Assembly: GCA_047602405.1 (NCBI GenBank)
Contig: JASGHJ010000002.1
Coordinates: 2,112,001-2,176,000 of the forward strand
Direction of reading: 5' to 3'
Length of the DNA stretch: 64,000 nucleotides
Source: Anaeromyxobacteraceae bacterium
Lineage (GTDB): Bacteria > Myxococcota > Myxococcia > Myxococcales > Anaeromyxobacteraceae
Part shown: positions 42,653 to 53,157 of the stretch, piece by piece
Position numbering within the stretch: position 1 is the stretch's first letter
How the letters are laid out: the number at the start of each line of letters is the position of its first letter
Translations under genes and position numbers: made by a program
Notes under the pieces: model-generated
What the model was told of the DNA's origin: nothing
The model's input: the letters and a program-made list of their open reading frames with translations, nothing else
The model's database searches: none

Positions 42653-43513
42653 ATGCGGTCCCTCGCCCCGCTCGCGCTCACCGCCGGCCTCGCCGCCGCC
42701 TGGGCCGCCGCCCCCGCGCGCGCCGCCGGGCCGGGGTTCGAGGCGCTCGAGCCGGGGCTCGAGCTCGCGTCCTTCGAGGGCCCGACCGCGGACGGCGAGA
42801 TCACCGTCGCCCGCCTCGACCCGTACCGGTTCGAGCTCAAGCTCCTGGCCGCCACCATGCCCGGCGAGGGGACGCTGCGGAGCGCCCGGGCCTGGGCCTA
42901 CCGGGCGGGCGCCTCCGCGGCCATCAACGCCGCGATGTACCAGGAGGATCACCGCACCAGCGTCTCGCTCATGCGCACGCGCGAGCACGTGAACCAGCGG
43001 CGCGTCTCGAAGGACAAGGCCTTCCTCGCCTTCGATCCGGTGGTCTCCGGCGTCGCCCCCGCCCGGATCCTCGACCTGGAGTGCGATCCGCTCGGCCCGG
43101 CCGGGGAGGCCTACGGCGCGCTCGTCCAGTCCATCCGCCTCGTCTCCTGCCACCGGCGGAACGTCTGGGCGCCGTCCGACCGGCGCACCTCGGCCGCGGC
43201 GATCGGCGTCGACGGCGCGGGCCGGCTCCTCTTCGTCCACGCCCGGACGCCCTGGCCGGTCCACGAGCTCGTGAACCGGCTGCTCGCGCTGCCGATCGAT
43301 CTGCGCCAGGCGATGTACGTCGAGGGCGGCCCCGAGGCGCAGCTCTTCGTGCGCGGCGGACAGCGGGAGGTCGAGCTCACCGGGACCTGGGAGTCCGCGC
43401 CGGACGTGCGGCTCGAGGGCTGGCCGGTGCCGAACGTGATCGTCGCGGTCCGCCGGCCGGCGCCGCTGCCCCGGCCGCCGACGCCGGCGGTCAGCGCGCC
43501 CCGTGCACGGTGA
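42653..43513 (+). CDS. Phosphodiester glycosidase (NAGPA-like) family exported protein
   Basis: Signal peptide; [27 protein letters not shown]. Confidence 0.7.
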   Translation: MRSLAPLALTAGLAAAWAAAPARAAGPGFEALEPGLELASFEGPTADGEITVARLDPYRFELKLLAATMPGEGTLRSARAWAYRAGASAAINAAMYQEDHRTSVSLMRTREHVNQRRVSKDKAFLAFDPVVSGVAPARILDLECDPLGPAGEAYGALVQSIRLVSCHRRNVWAPSDRRTSAAAIGVDGAGRLLFVHARTPWPVHELVNRLLALPIDLRQAMYVEGGPEAQLFVRGGQREVELTGTWESAPDVRLEGWPVPNVIVAVRRPAPLPRPPTPAVSAPRAR

Positions 43514-45785
43514 AGCGGGCGGAGGCCTCCGGCGCCGCCGCGCCCGGCCTCCAGACCTCGACGGCGTGCCGCCCCGCCGCGAGCGCGAGCCGCTCCTGGA
43601 ACGGCGCGCGGAGCGGGACCGCGCGGCCGTCCACGCGGAGCTCGAGCCGGTCCACGCCCGCCGGCGCCGCGACCCGCACCGGCACGCCCTGGGCGCCGTC
43701 CGGGTAGCCCGCGTCCACGAGGAACTCGTCGCCGTCCGACGGGGAGAGGAGCCGCAGGGGACCACCCGCGGGCGCGAGCTCGCGCGCCGCGAGCCCCTCC
43801 GCCCGGGCCCAGCCGGCGTACTCCGGCCCGAGCGCGAGCCGCCCGCCGGGCCCGTGCATCGGGCAGGTCGCGCGGGGGGCCGTCCCGGGCAGGAACACCT
43901 CCTCCAGCGCGGCCGGGCACGAGGGCCCCGCGAGCGCCCCGGAGAGCGCGCAGACGTGCGCGTGATCGAACCTCGAGCGGTCGATGAGCGGCGCCGGGGC
44001 GATCCCCCGCATCGCGCGGACCATGATCCGCCGGAAGATCGGCCCCGCGCCGCTGATGCCCGAGACGCCCTGCATCGGCCGCCCGTCGAAGTTGCCGGCC
44101 CACACGGCGACCGTCCGCTCCGCCGTGAACCCCGCCGTCCAGTTGTCGACGTAGGCGCGGGAGGTGCCGGTCTTCGCCGCGACGGCGAACGGGAGCCGGA
44201 GCGCGTTGTGGAGCCCGAAGGCGGGCGCGCGCGCGGCCTCGTCGGAGAGGACGTCGGTGAGGAGCGCGACCGCGGGGGCGGGCAGGAAGCGCCCCGCGAC
44301 GGGCTCCCGGGCCGGCGTGAGCGCCCGCCCCGCGCCGTCCTTCGCGGCTCGGACCTCGACGAGCGGACCGAGCACGCCCCCGCGCGCGAGGCCCCGGTAG
44401 GCCCGGGCGAGCTCCCGGAGCGTCACGTCGCCGTTCCCGAGCACGACGCCGGCGCCGTAGCGGTCGGCGCTCGCGTCGAGCGAGGCGAAGCCGGCCGCCT
44501 TCAGGGTCTCGAGCACGGCGGCCGGGCCGAGGAGGTCGGCGAGCCGCACGGCCGCCACGTTGTAGCTGTTCTGGAGCGCGGCCCGCAGGCGCACCGGTCC
44601 GTGCTCGCGGCGGTCGTAGTTGTGCGGGACCCAGTCGCCGGTCGGCGTCGCGAGCCGGAGGTCCACGTCCGCGATCAGCGTCGCGGGCGTCAGGCCGCGG
44701 GCGAGGGCGAGGCCGTAGGCGAAGGGCTTCAGCGCCGAGCCCGGCTGCCGGCGCGCGCGCACGCCGTCGTTCTGGCCGAGCCGCTCCTCGTCGAGCCAGC
44801 CCGCCGAGCCGACGTAGGCGAGCACCTCGCCGGTGCGGTTGTCGACGACGAGGGCGGCGGCGTTGCCGAGGCGGGGATCGCCCGCGACCTCGCCCGCGAC
44901 GATGGCCTCCACGTCGGCCTGCAGCGCGGGGTCGAGGGTGGTCTCGACCTCGGCGGCCGCGTCGAGCCCGAGCTCGGGCAGGCGGGCCGCGAGCGCGTCC
45001 ACGAGGTGCGGCGCGCGGAAGGCGGTGGCGGCGGGGACGAGGTCGAGCGGGGCCTCGCCGGCGAGCCGCGCGGCGTCCGGCGCGAGGGCGCCACGGGACG
45101 CCATGCGCGCGAGGACCCCGAGCGCGCGCGCCCGCGCGACGGCCGGGCGGCGCCAGGGATCGCCGGCGGCCGGCCCCCGCGCGAGCCCGGCGAGCAGCGC
45201 CGCCTGGCCCGCGGAGAGCGCCGCGGCGGGGCGGTCGAAGTACGCGGCGGAGGCGGCCTCGACGCCGTACAGGCCGCGGCCGAGGGGGACACGGTCGAGG
45301 TACGCGCGGAGGATGGCCTCCTTCGGGAGGTGCGCCTCGAGGCGCAGCGCCCAGAGCGCCTCGCCGAGCTTGCCCGCGAGCGTGCGCCCGTGGGGTACGA
45401 GGGCCCGGGCGAGCTGCATCGTGATCGTGGAGGCGCCCGAGACGACCCGGCCGCTCCGGACGAGCTGCCCGAGGGCGCGGGTCGCGGCGAGCGGATCCAC
45501 GCCCGGGTGGCGATCGAAGCGGCCGTCCTCCGCGGCGAGGAAGGCAGCGCGGACGAGGGGCGGGACGGGCGCGCCGGGCGGCAGCGGCACCGAGCGGCCG
45601 TCGGCGCGCGAGGCCACCTCGCGCAGGAGCCGGCCGTCGCGGTCGGTGAAGCGGACCGCCGCGACGGGGCGGCGCTCGAGGAGGCCGTCCGGGAGCGGCG
45701 AGAGCACGAACGCTCCCAGCGCGGCCGCGACGAGCGCGGCCGCGACCCCGAGGGCCCGCAGGGCGAAGGCCGACCGCCTCCTCAC
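43491..45785 (-). CDS. pbpC: Penicillin-binding protein 1C
   Basis: AEDGRF..HPGVD, SGASTITMQLAR, PGSALKP, SYN, KTGTS; GTGA-coupled to the A2M gene. Confidence 0.93.
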   Translation of the reverse strand: MRRRSAFALRALGVAAALVAAALGAFVLSPLPDGLLERRPVAAVRFTDRDGRLLREVASRADGRSVPLPPGAPVPPLVRAAFLAAEDGRFDRHPGVDPLAATRALGQLVRSGRVVSGASTITMQLARALVPHGRTLAGKLGEALWALRLEAHLPKEAILRAYLDRVPLGRGLYGVEAASAAYFDRPAAALSAGQAALLAGLARGPAAGDPWRRPAVARARALGVLARMASRGALAPDAARLAGEAPLDLVPAATAFRAPHLVDALAARLPELGLDAAAEVETTLDPALQADVEAIVAGEVAGDPRLGNAAALVVDNRTGEVLAYVGSAGWLDEERLGQNDGVRARRQPGSALKPFAYGLALARGLTPATLIADVDLRLATPTGDWVPHNYDRREHGPVRLRAALQNSYNVAAVRLADLLGPAAVLETLKAAGFASLDASADRYGAGVVLGNGDVTLRELARAYRGLARGGVLGPLVEVRAAKDGAGRALTPAREPVAGRFLPAPAVALLTDVLSDEAARAPAFGLHNALRLPFAVAAKTGTSRAYVDNWTAGFTAERTVAVWAGNFDGRPMQGVSGISGAGPIFRRIMVRAMRGIAPAPLIDRSRFDHAHVCALSGALAGPSCPAALEEVFLPGTAPRATCPMHGPGGRLALGPEYAGWARAEGLAARELAPAGGPLRLLSPSDGDEFLVDAGYPDGAQGVPVRVAAPAGVDRLELRVDGRAVPLRAPFQERLALAAGRHAVEVWRPGAAAPEASARFTVHGAR

Positions 45786-48700
45786 CGCTCCGCCACCTCG
45801 TCGTTCACCTTCACCGTGAACGTGCCGGCCTCCGACCGCCCGAACACCTCCGGCGAGTACATCTCCTCCGCGTACGCCGGCATGAGCACGAACGCGCCGG
45901 GCGTCGTCGCCCGGGCGACGAACGTGGCGACGTGGAGCCCCGGAGGCAGCCGGTCGGCGAAGAGCACGAGCCGCGCGTCGCGCCGCTCCTCGTGGTTGAA
46001 CGGGCTCCAGAAGCGGAAGCCCCAGGGATCGTCGGGCGCCTGGGCGTCCTCCGACTCCTCCTCGTAGCCCTCCTCCATCCCCTCCCCGTCGCCCCCGGGC
46101 GCCCGGCGGCCCGGGCCCGCCTGCGCGGTGGAGGCGAGCGAGGTGTCGACGATCTCGAGCCCGGACGGGACCGGCACCGAGATGGCCACGAAGTGCCGCT
46201 CCTGGGGCGTCCCGATGCGGACCTTCACCCGCACGAGGTCCCCCGCCTTCGCGCCGCGGACCTGGCCACCGCCCTCGTAGGGCTCGAACCAGCGCTGCAC
46301 GAAGAGCCCGCGCTCGAGCGCCTCGCGCGGCGGGGCCGCCGGCGCGTACCGGAACAGCGCGCCGTAGTAGAGGACGCCCGCCGCGCCGTCGCGCCGGAAC
46401 TCGAGCGGGAGCGGCCCGCCCTTCTGCGGCAGGTCCTTCATCTCGACGTGGGCGGTCCTCGGCTCGGTCGACCGCCCGTGGAACGGCGCCTCGGCGACGG
46501 TCTTCCCGCCGAGCACGACCTTGCCGTCGAAGTCCGGCGTCGCCTTCTCCTTCGTGCGCACGACCTCGGCGAGGGCCATGAGCGCGAACGCCGCCTCCTG
46601 CGTGTTCGAGAAGCGGCCGTTCGCGCGGCGCGCCTTCGCGAGGTACGCGGCGAGCTTGCCGACGTACGGGTGGTCGGGCGTCACGGTCGCGAGCGTCTGG
46701 AGCAGGATGCCGTTCGTGCGGACGTCGGAGGACCAGAGCGTGGCGTAGGTCCGCGGGTCCACCTCCTCGACGTGCGCCTCGGCGGGCGACTCCTTCACCT
46801 GATCGAGGACGCCCTGCAGGACCTTCCGCGCCTCGGCGCGGTTGCCGTTCCCGACGAACATCGCGTCGGCGAGCATGGCCTGCGAGAAGAGCGGCAGCTT
46901 CGCCCGGCCCGCCGCGAGCTCCGCGTAGTACGACGGCCGCGGCGCGCGGGTGCGGGCGAGCGCGTAGAGCGCGAAGACCCGGGTGGGCGGATCCGCGGTC
47001 CCGTGCTCCCAGCCGCAGCCCACCGGGCGGCCCGCGGCGACCGTGCCGCCCAGCCAGGCCTGGCCCCTGCGGAAGGCCTCGCCGTCCACCGGGTAGCCGA
47101 GCTCCGCCGCGCGTCCGAGCGCGAGCACCGCGTACGACGACGCCCAGGCGGCGCTGCACGCCGCCCCGGGCCAGTAGCCGAAGCCGCCGTCGGGGAGCTG
47201 CAGCGCCTCGATCTCCTTCACCGTCCGGCGCACCACCTCGTCCGGGTCGAGCGAGCCGCGCTGCCGCAGCGCCTCCTCGCCGAGGTACGCCTTCACCCAG
47301 GCCTCCGCGTCGGCGCCCGGCTCGTGGCCGAGCCCGAACGTGCCCTGGAGCTCGCGCAGCGCGATGAAGGGCACGAGCCGCGACGAGAGCTGCTCGAGGC
47401 AGCCGTAGGGGTAGTCGACGAGCTGGCGCAGGTTCTCGGAGAAGCCGCCGAGCGCGGTCGAGGCGAGGGTCACGTCGAGGCCGCCGAAGTCGGGCCGCAC
47501 GCCGCCCGGCGGCGCGAACGCCTCCTGGCGGGTGGCCGTGGTGTCGCCGTACACCGCGACCGCCTCCCTCGACACCGGGAGCTCGACCGGCAGCTTCGCC
47601 TCGACGCCGTCCCGCTCGCCGCCGCCCGCGACCGCGAAGCGCAGCACCGCCTGCCCGGGCGCCTCGGCCCGCAGCTTGAACCGCACCTCCTGCGGCCGGC
47701 CGCCCGCGAGCGTGACCTTCCGCGTGGCGTCGCCCTCGAGGACGAGCCCCGTCACGGAAGCCTCCACCGTCGCCTCGCCGATCTTCCCCGAAGGCGCGTG
47801 CACCACCACGCCCGCCTCGAACGCGTCGCCCACCCGGGCCACGCGCGGCAGGGCCGGGAGCGCCATGAGCGGCTTCGCGACCGAGACCTTCGCCTGCCCG
47901 CCACCCGCCCGGTCCTCCTTCGTGATCGCGACGGCCATGATGCGGAAGGTGGTCAGGTTGTCCGGGAGGTCGAAGGTGACCGTCGCCTTCCCGTCCGGGC
48001 CGGTCACGACCTCCGGCGCGAAGAGGACGGTGGTCTTGAAGTCGGAGCGGAACCCGCCGCCCTCCCCCGCGCCGCCGCCGCCGCCCGCCGACAGCCCCTT
48101 CTCGCCGTACTTCCGGCGCTCGACGAGGTGGATGAGCGGCTCGCCGAGGCGCACCGAGAGCCCGCGCGCCGGGTGGAGCAGCTCCACCGGGTCGGGCGCC
48201 TCGTAGCCGGTGAGCCGCAGCACGCCCTCGTCCACGGCCCAGGCGGTGACCTCCGCCACGGCGCCCTGCCCGCGGTGGTCCTTCACCTGGATCGCGACGG
48301 TCACCTTCTCCCGCGGCCGCCGCTCCGTCGCGTCGGGCACCACCGCGACCTCGAGGCGCTTCGACCGCCTCTCCACCTTGAGCTCGGCGTAGCCGACCTT
48401 CACCTCCGGGCGGCCCGGGTCGGCGCCCGCGTCGGCGGCGTCCGCCTTCACGGCCTGGCGGCCGCGCACCGCGACCACCGACACGAAGACGTTCGGGATC
48501 GCGTCCTCGCCGATCGGCACCTCCAGCGTCGCCGCGGCGCCCGCGAGCTTCACCCGCCTCGCCGAGCTCACGCCCTCGCGCTCGACCGTGAGGATCGCCT
48601 CGGCCTCGGGCCAGGGGCTCTTCACGAGCACGCGCGCGGTGTCCCCGGGCTCGTACCGCTGCCGGTCCGGCACGAGGTCGAGGCGCGAGGTGTCCCCGCG

Positions 48701-51670
48701 CTCCCAGGAGACCCAGCCGCTCCCGACCGCGTAGAAGGGCAGCTTCGTGGTCTGCTTGCGCCCCTTCTCGTCGGTGAGCGTCGCCTCGGCCACGTAGAGC
48801 CCGGGCTCCTTCGGCGTGAAGGCGCAGCCGGCGGGCGTGGCCGCGCTCCTGAGGGCGCAGCCGCCGACCTTCTCCTCCTTCACCTCGCTGTCCGTGTACC
48901 ACTCGCCGCCCGCGCCCTTCTTGCGGATCCACTTCCACTCGCGGCGCTTCACCTCGAGCGCCACGCCGAGCTGCTCGACGCGGTGGCCGCCGGGCGCGAC
49001 CGCCACCACCTCCAGCGTCCCGGCCTTGCCCGCCTCGGCGAAGCCGGCCTCCTTCCGCCGCACGCCGGCGTAGGCGCTCGCGGGGTGGACCGTGACCGCC
49101 GCCCGGTTCGCGAGCCGCTGCCGGTTCACGTCGGCGACCTCGGCCTCGAGCACGTACGACCAGGTCCGCCCGCCGGTCGCCTCGGCGGCCCCGGCGTTCA
49201 CCGCGAGCACGCCGGCGGCGTCGGTCTCCCCCTGGCCCGCGGCGGGCACGTCGCCGCTCGGCTCCGGCTCGCCGTCGTCCCAGCCCCAGACGTGCGCGCC
49301 GAAGCTGAAGGCCTCGTGACCGGGCGGCTGGAAGTCGAGCGTGGAGCGGGTGACCGCCCACCGGACCGCCGCGCCCGGCATCGCGCCGCCGAAGAGGTAC
49401 CGCGCGCGCACCTGGCCCGCGACCGCCTCGCCCGCGACGAGCGAGGCCGGGAGGCCCACCACGTCCACCTGGAACTGCGGCGCGCGGTACTCCTCGACCC
49501 GGAAGCTCGCGTCGTAGACGAGCTCGCCGCCCTCGCCCTGCACGGTGGCGTGCGCGGAGTAGGTGCCGAGGTCGGCGTCCGCCGGGACGGTGAGCTCGGC
49601 GGAGAAGGTGCCGAACCCGGTGAGCCGGGGCTCGAGCGCCGCGAGCGCCTTCCCGCGCGGGCCCGCGACCGCCACGGTCACCTTGCCGCGGGTCGGCGCC
49701 GAGAGCGCGCCGAGCCGCCGCTGCCGGACGAGCCCCTTCAGGTGGACCTTCTCGCCGGGCCGGTAGATGCCGCGCTCGGCGAAGAGGCCGCCCACGCCGC
49801 GCGGGGTCGCGCCGTCCCAGTCGATCGGCATGCCGAAGGCGGACGGGTCGATGCCCCCGGACCAGGACGCGAGCGTCACGCCGACGTCGTCGCCGACGCG
49901 CGCCGCCACGAGCGCGAACGGCGTGTCGCCGTTCCAGCCGCCCTTCGGGTCCCCCACGAGCGTGGCGAGCCCCGGGAGGCGGGCGAGGCCGTCGGCGTCG
50001 GTGGTCCCCGTCCAGCGCGAGGCGCCGTTCGCGCCGTGGAGCGCGAGGTCCGCGCCCTGGACGGGCTTGCCGTCGGAGAGCCGGGTCACCCACACGAGCC
50101 CGCTCGCGGCGCCGAGCTTCGCGTGCACCGCGAGGTCGGTCACCTGCCCCGCCACGGTGCGCCGCCAGCGCCAGGTCTCCTTCGGGAACGCGGCGCGGAG
50201 CTCCGGCGCGGCGAGCTCGAGCTTGAAGAGGCGGGCCCCGTGCGCGGCGACGAGCTCCCTCACCGGCACCGGCACCGTGCGGCTCCGGTTCCTCGTCGCG
50301 TGCACGTCGAGCACCCGCCGCTCGACGGGCGTCACCGAGAACCCGTCGCCCTCGCCGGGCGCGAGCGCGCGCGCCAGCCCCGCCGGATCGAGCGGCTCGA
50401 GCGCGACCTCGACCTTCTCGAGGTTCACGGTGCGCAGCGGCAGCGCGCCGTCGCCGCCGGCCTCGATGAGCGCCAGGTTCGAGCCCGCGTCGAGCTCGGG
50501 GGCGAGGTCGTCGGTGCGGACCGTGAAGGTCGCGGCCTGCGCGAGCGGCTGGCCGAAGGTGTCCTTCGTGCCCGCCGGGATCGTCAGCCGGTACTCGGTG
50601 CCCGGACGCCAGGCGCCGGGCAGGTTGAGGGTGCGGCCCGTCCCCTCGCGCAGGCCCCAGCCGCGATCGTCGGAGACCTCGTCCCAGGCGACGCCGGTCG
50701 CGGGCTCGACCTTCAGCCCCGCCTTCAGCGAGGCGGCGTCGATCGGGTTCGTCGCGACGAGCTGCAGGGGACCGTACGAGCACTCCGTCGAGTCCCAGGG
50801 GCACTTCTTGAGGGCGAGCACGCGGAACGCCCCGTGGGTCCGCGCCTGGAGCACCGGCCCGGCGGGCATGGTGAGCGGCCCCTCCTCGCCGGCGAGCTCC
50901 CCGGCGGCGGTGAGCTCGACGGCGGCGTCGAGGGGCAGCGGCGCCCTCGGCGTGAGGACGTACTGCACGCGGCGATCGGTGAGCCCCTCGGTCGGCGGCG
51001 GGCGCACCGCGTGGCGGCGGTCCGGCGGCTCCTTCTTCTGGAGCTGCGCCATCGGCGTCGCCTTCACGTCGAAGGCGACCGGGCTCCCGTTCGCGGTGAG
51101 CGTGAGCCGCGCCGCCACGTCCTTCACCGGCTGGTTCGCGACGAGCGTGATGGAGCCCTTCGGCTCGAGCCAGGCCCAGCCGTTCGCCGGCTCGGTGCGC
51201 TGGAACTCGGGGCGCGGCGTCTCGAAGGAGAACGTGAACGCGTCCGGGAGCGCGGCGCCGTCGACGGAGCGCACGCCCTTCGGCACCGTGACCGTGAACG
51301 CCGTCGCGTACGGCACGAGCCCCTTCGGCACGAACTCGACCGAGGTCGAGCCGAGCCAGCGCCAGGCGCCGGGCAGCGCCGGCGCGATTGTGATCCCGCG
51401 GGCCGGGTCGGCGTCGCCCTCGAGCGCGCCGAGCGCGACCATCGGCCGGGAGAAGGTGACGGTCGGCCGGACCTCGCCCATCATCGGCCCCTGCGGCCGC
51501 GCCGCGACGACGGAGAGCCCCGCCCCGGGCGCGCCCTCGGCGACCTGGAAGGTCGGCGGCGCCGGCAGCGGCTCGAGGGTCGGCTTCTTCGCGGAGGGCC
51601 TGCCGCACCCGCGGCCGCAAGCGGTCAGCGCGAGGGCGACGAGGGCGGCGGACGCGAGGCGACGGCGCAT
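45782..51670 (-). CDS. Bacterial alpha-2-macroglobulin lipoprotein
   Basis: Lipobox LTAC; ERGIYRPGE, VEEYR, AVDEGVL, thioester YPYGCLEQ, AEEMYSPE. Confidence 0.95.
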   Translation of the reverse strand: MRRRLASAALVALALTACGRGCGRPSAKKPTLEPLPAPPTFQVAEGAPGAGLSVVAARPQGPMMGEVRPTVTFSRPMVALGALEGDADPARGITIAPALPGAWRWLGSTSVEFVPKGLVPYATAFTVTVPKGVRSVDGAALPDAFTFSFETPRPEFQRTEPANGWAWLEPKGSITLVANQPVKDVAARLTLTANGSPVAFDVKATPMAQLQKKEPPDRRHAVRPPPTEGLTDRRVQYVLTPRAPLPLDAAVELTAAGELAGEEGPLTMPAGPVLQARTHGAFRVLALKKCPWDSTECSYGPLQLVATNPIDAASLKAGLKVEPATGVAWDEVSDDRGWGLREGTGRTLNLPGAWRPGTEYRLTIPAGTKDTFGQPLAQAATFTVRTDDLAPELDAGSNLALIEAGGDGALPLRTVNLEKVEVALEPLDPAGLARALAPGEGDGFSVTPVERRVLDVHATRNRSRTVPVPVRELVAAHGARLFKLELAAPELRAAFPKETWRWRRTVAGQVTDLAVHAKLGAASGLVWVTRLSDGKPVQGADLALHGANGASRWTGTTDADGLARLPGLATLVGDPKGGWNGDTPFALVAARVGDDVGVTLASWSGGIDPSAFGMPIDWDGATPRGVGGLFAERGIYRPGEKVHLKGLVRQRRLGALSAPTRGKVTVAVAGPRGKALAALEPRLTGFGTFSAELTVPADADLGTYSAHATVQGEGGELVYDASFRVEEYRAPQFQVDVVGLPASLVAGEAVAGQVRARYLFGGAMPGAAVRWAVTRSTLDFQPPGHEAFSFGAHVWGWDDGEPEPSGDVPAAGQGETDAAGVLAVNAGAAEATGGRTWSYVLEAEVADVNRQRLANRAAVTVHPASAYAGVRRKEAGFAEAGKAGTLEVVAVAPGGHRVEQLGVALEVKRREWKWIRKKGAGGEWYTDSEVKEEKVGGCALRSAATPAGCAFTPKEPGLYVAEATLTDEKGRKQTTKLPFYAVGSGWVSWERGDTSRLDLVPDRQRYEPGDTARVLVKSPWPEAEAILTVEREGVSSARRVKLAGAAATLEVPIGEDAIPNVFVSVVAVRGRQAVKADAADAGADPGRPEVKVGYAELKVERRSKRLEVAVVPDATERRPREKVTVAIQVKDHRGQGAVAEVTAWAVDEGVLRLTGYEAPDPVELLHPARGLSVRLGEPLIHLVERRKYGEKGLSAGGGGGAGEGGGFRSDFKTTVLFAPEVVTGPDGKATVTFDLPDNLTTFRIMAVAITKEDRAGGGQAKVSVAKPLMALPALPRVARVGDAFEAGVVVHAPSGKIGEATVEASVTGLVLEGDATRKVTLAGGRPQEVRFKLRAEAPGQAVLRFAVAGGGERDGVEAKLPVELPVSREAVAVYGDTTATRQEAFAPPGGVRPDFGGLDVTLASTALGGFSENLRQLVDYPYGCLEQLSSRLVPFIALRELQGTFGLGHEPGADAEAWVKAYLGEEALRQRGSLDPDEVVRRTVKEIEALQLPDGGFGYWPGAACSAAWASSYAVLALGRAAELGYPVDGEAFRRGQAWLGGTVAAGRPVGCGWEHGTADPPTRVFALYALARTRAPRPSYYAELAAGRAKLPLFSQAMLADAMFVGNGNRAEARKVLQGVLDQVKESPAEAHVEEVDPRTYATLWSSDVRTNGILLQTLATVTPDHPYVGKLAAYLAKARRANGRFSNTQEAAFALMALAEVVRTKEKATPDFDGKVVLGGKTVAEAPFHGRSTEPRTAHVEMKDLPQKGGPLPLEFRRDGAAGVLYYGALFRYAPAAPPREALERGLFVQRWFEPYEGGGQVRGAKAGDLVRVKVRIGTPQERHFVAISVPVPSGLEIVDTSLASTAQAGPGRRAPGGDGEGMEEGYEEESEDAQAPDDPWGFRFWSPFNHEERRDARLVLFADRLPPGLHVATFVARATTPGAFVLMPAYAEEMYSPEVFGRSEAGTFTVKVNDEVAER

Positions 51671-51732
51671 GTTGTCTCCGGGTGCTGGGGACCCGGATCA
51701 CCGCACGGGGTGGACCCCGAGTTCAACGGGAT

Positions 51733-52314
51733 TCAGCGCCCTGCCCCGCCGAGGAGCGCGTCGCGCAGGCCGGCGTCGATGGGCCTGCGGCCGGTCCACA
51801 TGGAGAAGTAGACGCGGGCGAGGTCGGCGCCCGGCACGAGCGCGAGCGGGCGGCCGTTGAGGGTGAGCTCGGTGCCGCGGCCCGGGAGGTAGGTGAGCGC
51901 GTAGCGGTCGCCGGGCTTCACGTCGACGTAGGCCCGGGCGAGCGCGTCGAGCCGCTCGCGGAGCGGCGCCAGCACCGACTCCGGGTGCGCCTCGGCGAGG
52001 AGCTTCGCGGCCGCCCTCCCGAAGTCGGGCCCCTCGAGCCCGACGAAGTACTCGAGCTCGAGCCGCCTCGGCACGTCGGCCTCGGGATCCGGGGCCGCGC
52101 CCTCGCCAAAGTAGAAGGAGGCCGCGTAGACCTTCACGACCCACTTCCAGCGGAGCAGCCCCGTCCCGGCGAGCACGAACCGCTGCCCGCCGTGCTCGAG
52201 CGCCTCCGGGAACCGCGCCCGGCCGTCCACGACGACGTCGGCCCTGGCCGGCGCCGGGAGCCCGGCGGTGGCGAGGAGGAGGCAGCCGGCGGCGAGCGCC
52301 AGGGCGCGGTGCAT
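51733..52314 (-). CDS. Chalcone-isomerase-like exported protein
   Basis: Signal peptide; GTGLLRWKWVVKVYAA, DVKPGDRY, LRDALLG. Confidence 0.8.
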   Translation of the reverse strand: MHRALALAAGCLLLATAGLPAPARADVVVDGRARFPEALEHGGQRFVLAGTGLLRWKWVVKVYAASFYFGEGAAPDPEADVPRRLELEYFVGLEGPDFGRAAAKLLAEAHPESVLAPLRERLDALARAYVDVKPGDRYALTYLPGRGTELTLNGRPLALVPGADLARVYFSMWTGRRPIDAGLRDALLGGAGR

Positions 52315-52364
52315 GACCGGGGGTTCGGCCCGCCGACCGGCGGTGGATGCGCCCCCGACGGGGC

Positions 52365-53108
52365 CTACGGCGCGGTGAGGATGACGGGCGCCCCGCGCGT
52401 GACCACGAAGGTGTGCTCGTGGTGGGCGGTCAGGCTCCCGTCCGCGCTCGCGAGCGTCCAGCCGTCGCCGGTCTCGCGCGTGCGCCGCGCGCTCACCGAG
52501 ACGATGGGCTCGAGCGCGAGGACGAGCCCCGCGTGGACCCGGCCGGTGACGCGGCCGTCGCGGTGGTTGAGCACCGAGGGCTCCTCGTGGATGGCGCGCC
52601 CGACGCCGTGCCCGCAGACGTCGCGCACCACCTCGAAGCCTCGCCGCGCGACCTCGTCCTCGACCGCGCCGCCCACGTCGTACAGGCGGCGCCCGTGCCG
52701 CGCGGCCCGCGCGCCCTTCCAGAACGCCGCCTCGGCGCAGGCGACGAGCCGGGCCGCCTCCTCCGCGACGGGCGGCACGCCCACGGTCACGGCGGCGTCG
52801 GCGTAGAAGCCGTCGAGCTCCACCGTGACGTCGAGCGACACGAGGTCGCCGCGCCGGAGCACGCGCGCGCCCGGGATGCCGTGCACGGCCTCCTCGTTCA
52901 CGCTGATGCAGGTCGCGCCCGGGAAGGCGTAGGTGAGCCGCGGCGCGGAGCGGGCCCCGTGCGCGTCCATCACCCGGGCACCGATCGCGTCGAGCTCGGC
53001 GGTGGTGATGCCCTCGCGCACGGCCGCCCTCATGGCCTCGAGGACCTTCGCCACCACCTTGCCCGCCGCGCGGAGCCCCAGGAGCTCCTCCTCCGAGCCG
53101 ATCGACAT
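52365..53108 (-). CDS. map: Type I methionine aminopeptidase
   Basis: CISVNEEAVHGIP, D..D, GHGVG..HEEP, EP, HHEHT. Confidence 0.95.
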   Translation of the reverse strand: MSIGSEEELLGLRAAGKVVAKVLEAMRAAVREGITTAELDAIGARVMDAHGARSAPRLTYAFPGATCISVNEEAVHGIPGARVLRRGDLVSLDVTVELDGFYADAAVTVGVPPVAEEAARLVACAEAAFWKGARAARHGRRLYDVGGAVEDEVARRGFEVVRDVCGHGVGRAIHEEPSVLNHRDGRVTGRVHAGLVLALEPIVSVSARRTRETGDGWTLASADGSLTAHHEHTFVVTRGAPVILTAP

Positions 53109-53157
53109 CCGGCGGTTGTAGCCCGTTCGGCTGGGCGGGCGCGAGGCTCCCGCGGGG

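Noticed and set aside
43491..51670. A2M-pbpC pair as a novel system
   Set aside because: This is a well-described conserved bacterial gene pair (yfhM-pbpC type).
43491..51811. Giant ORFs of 2736 aa (-) and 1959 aa (+)
   Set aside because: High-GC off-frame and antisense shadows of the A2M gene; only the last 764 aa of the minus ORF (pbpC) are real.
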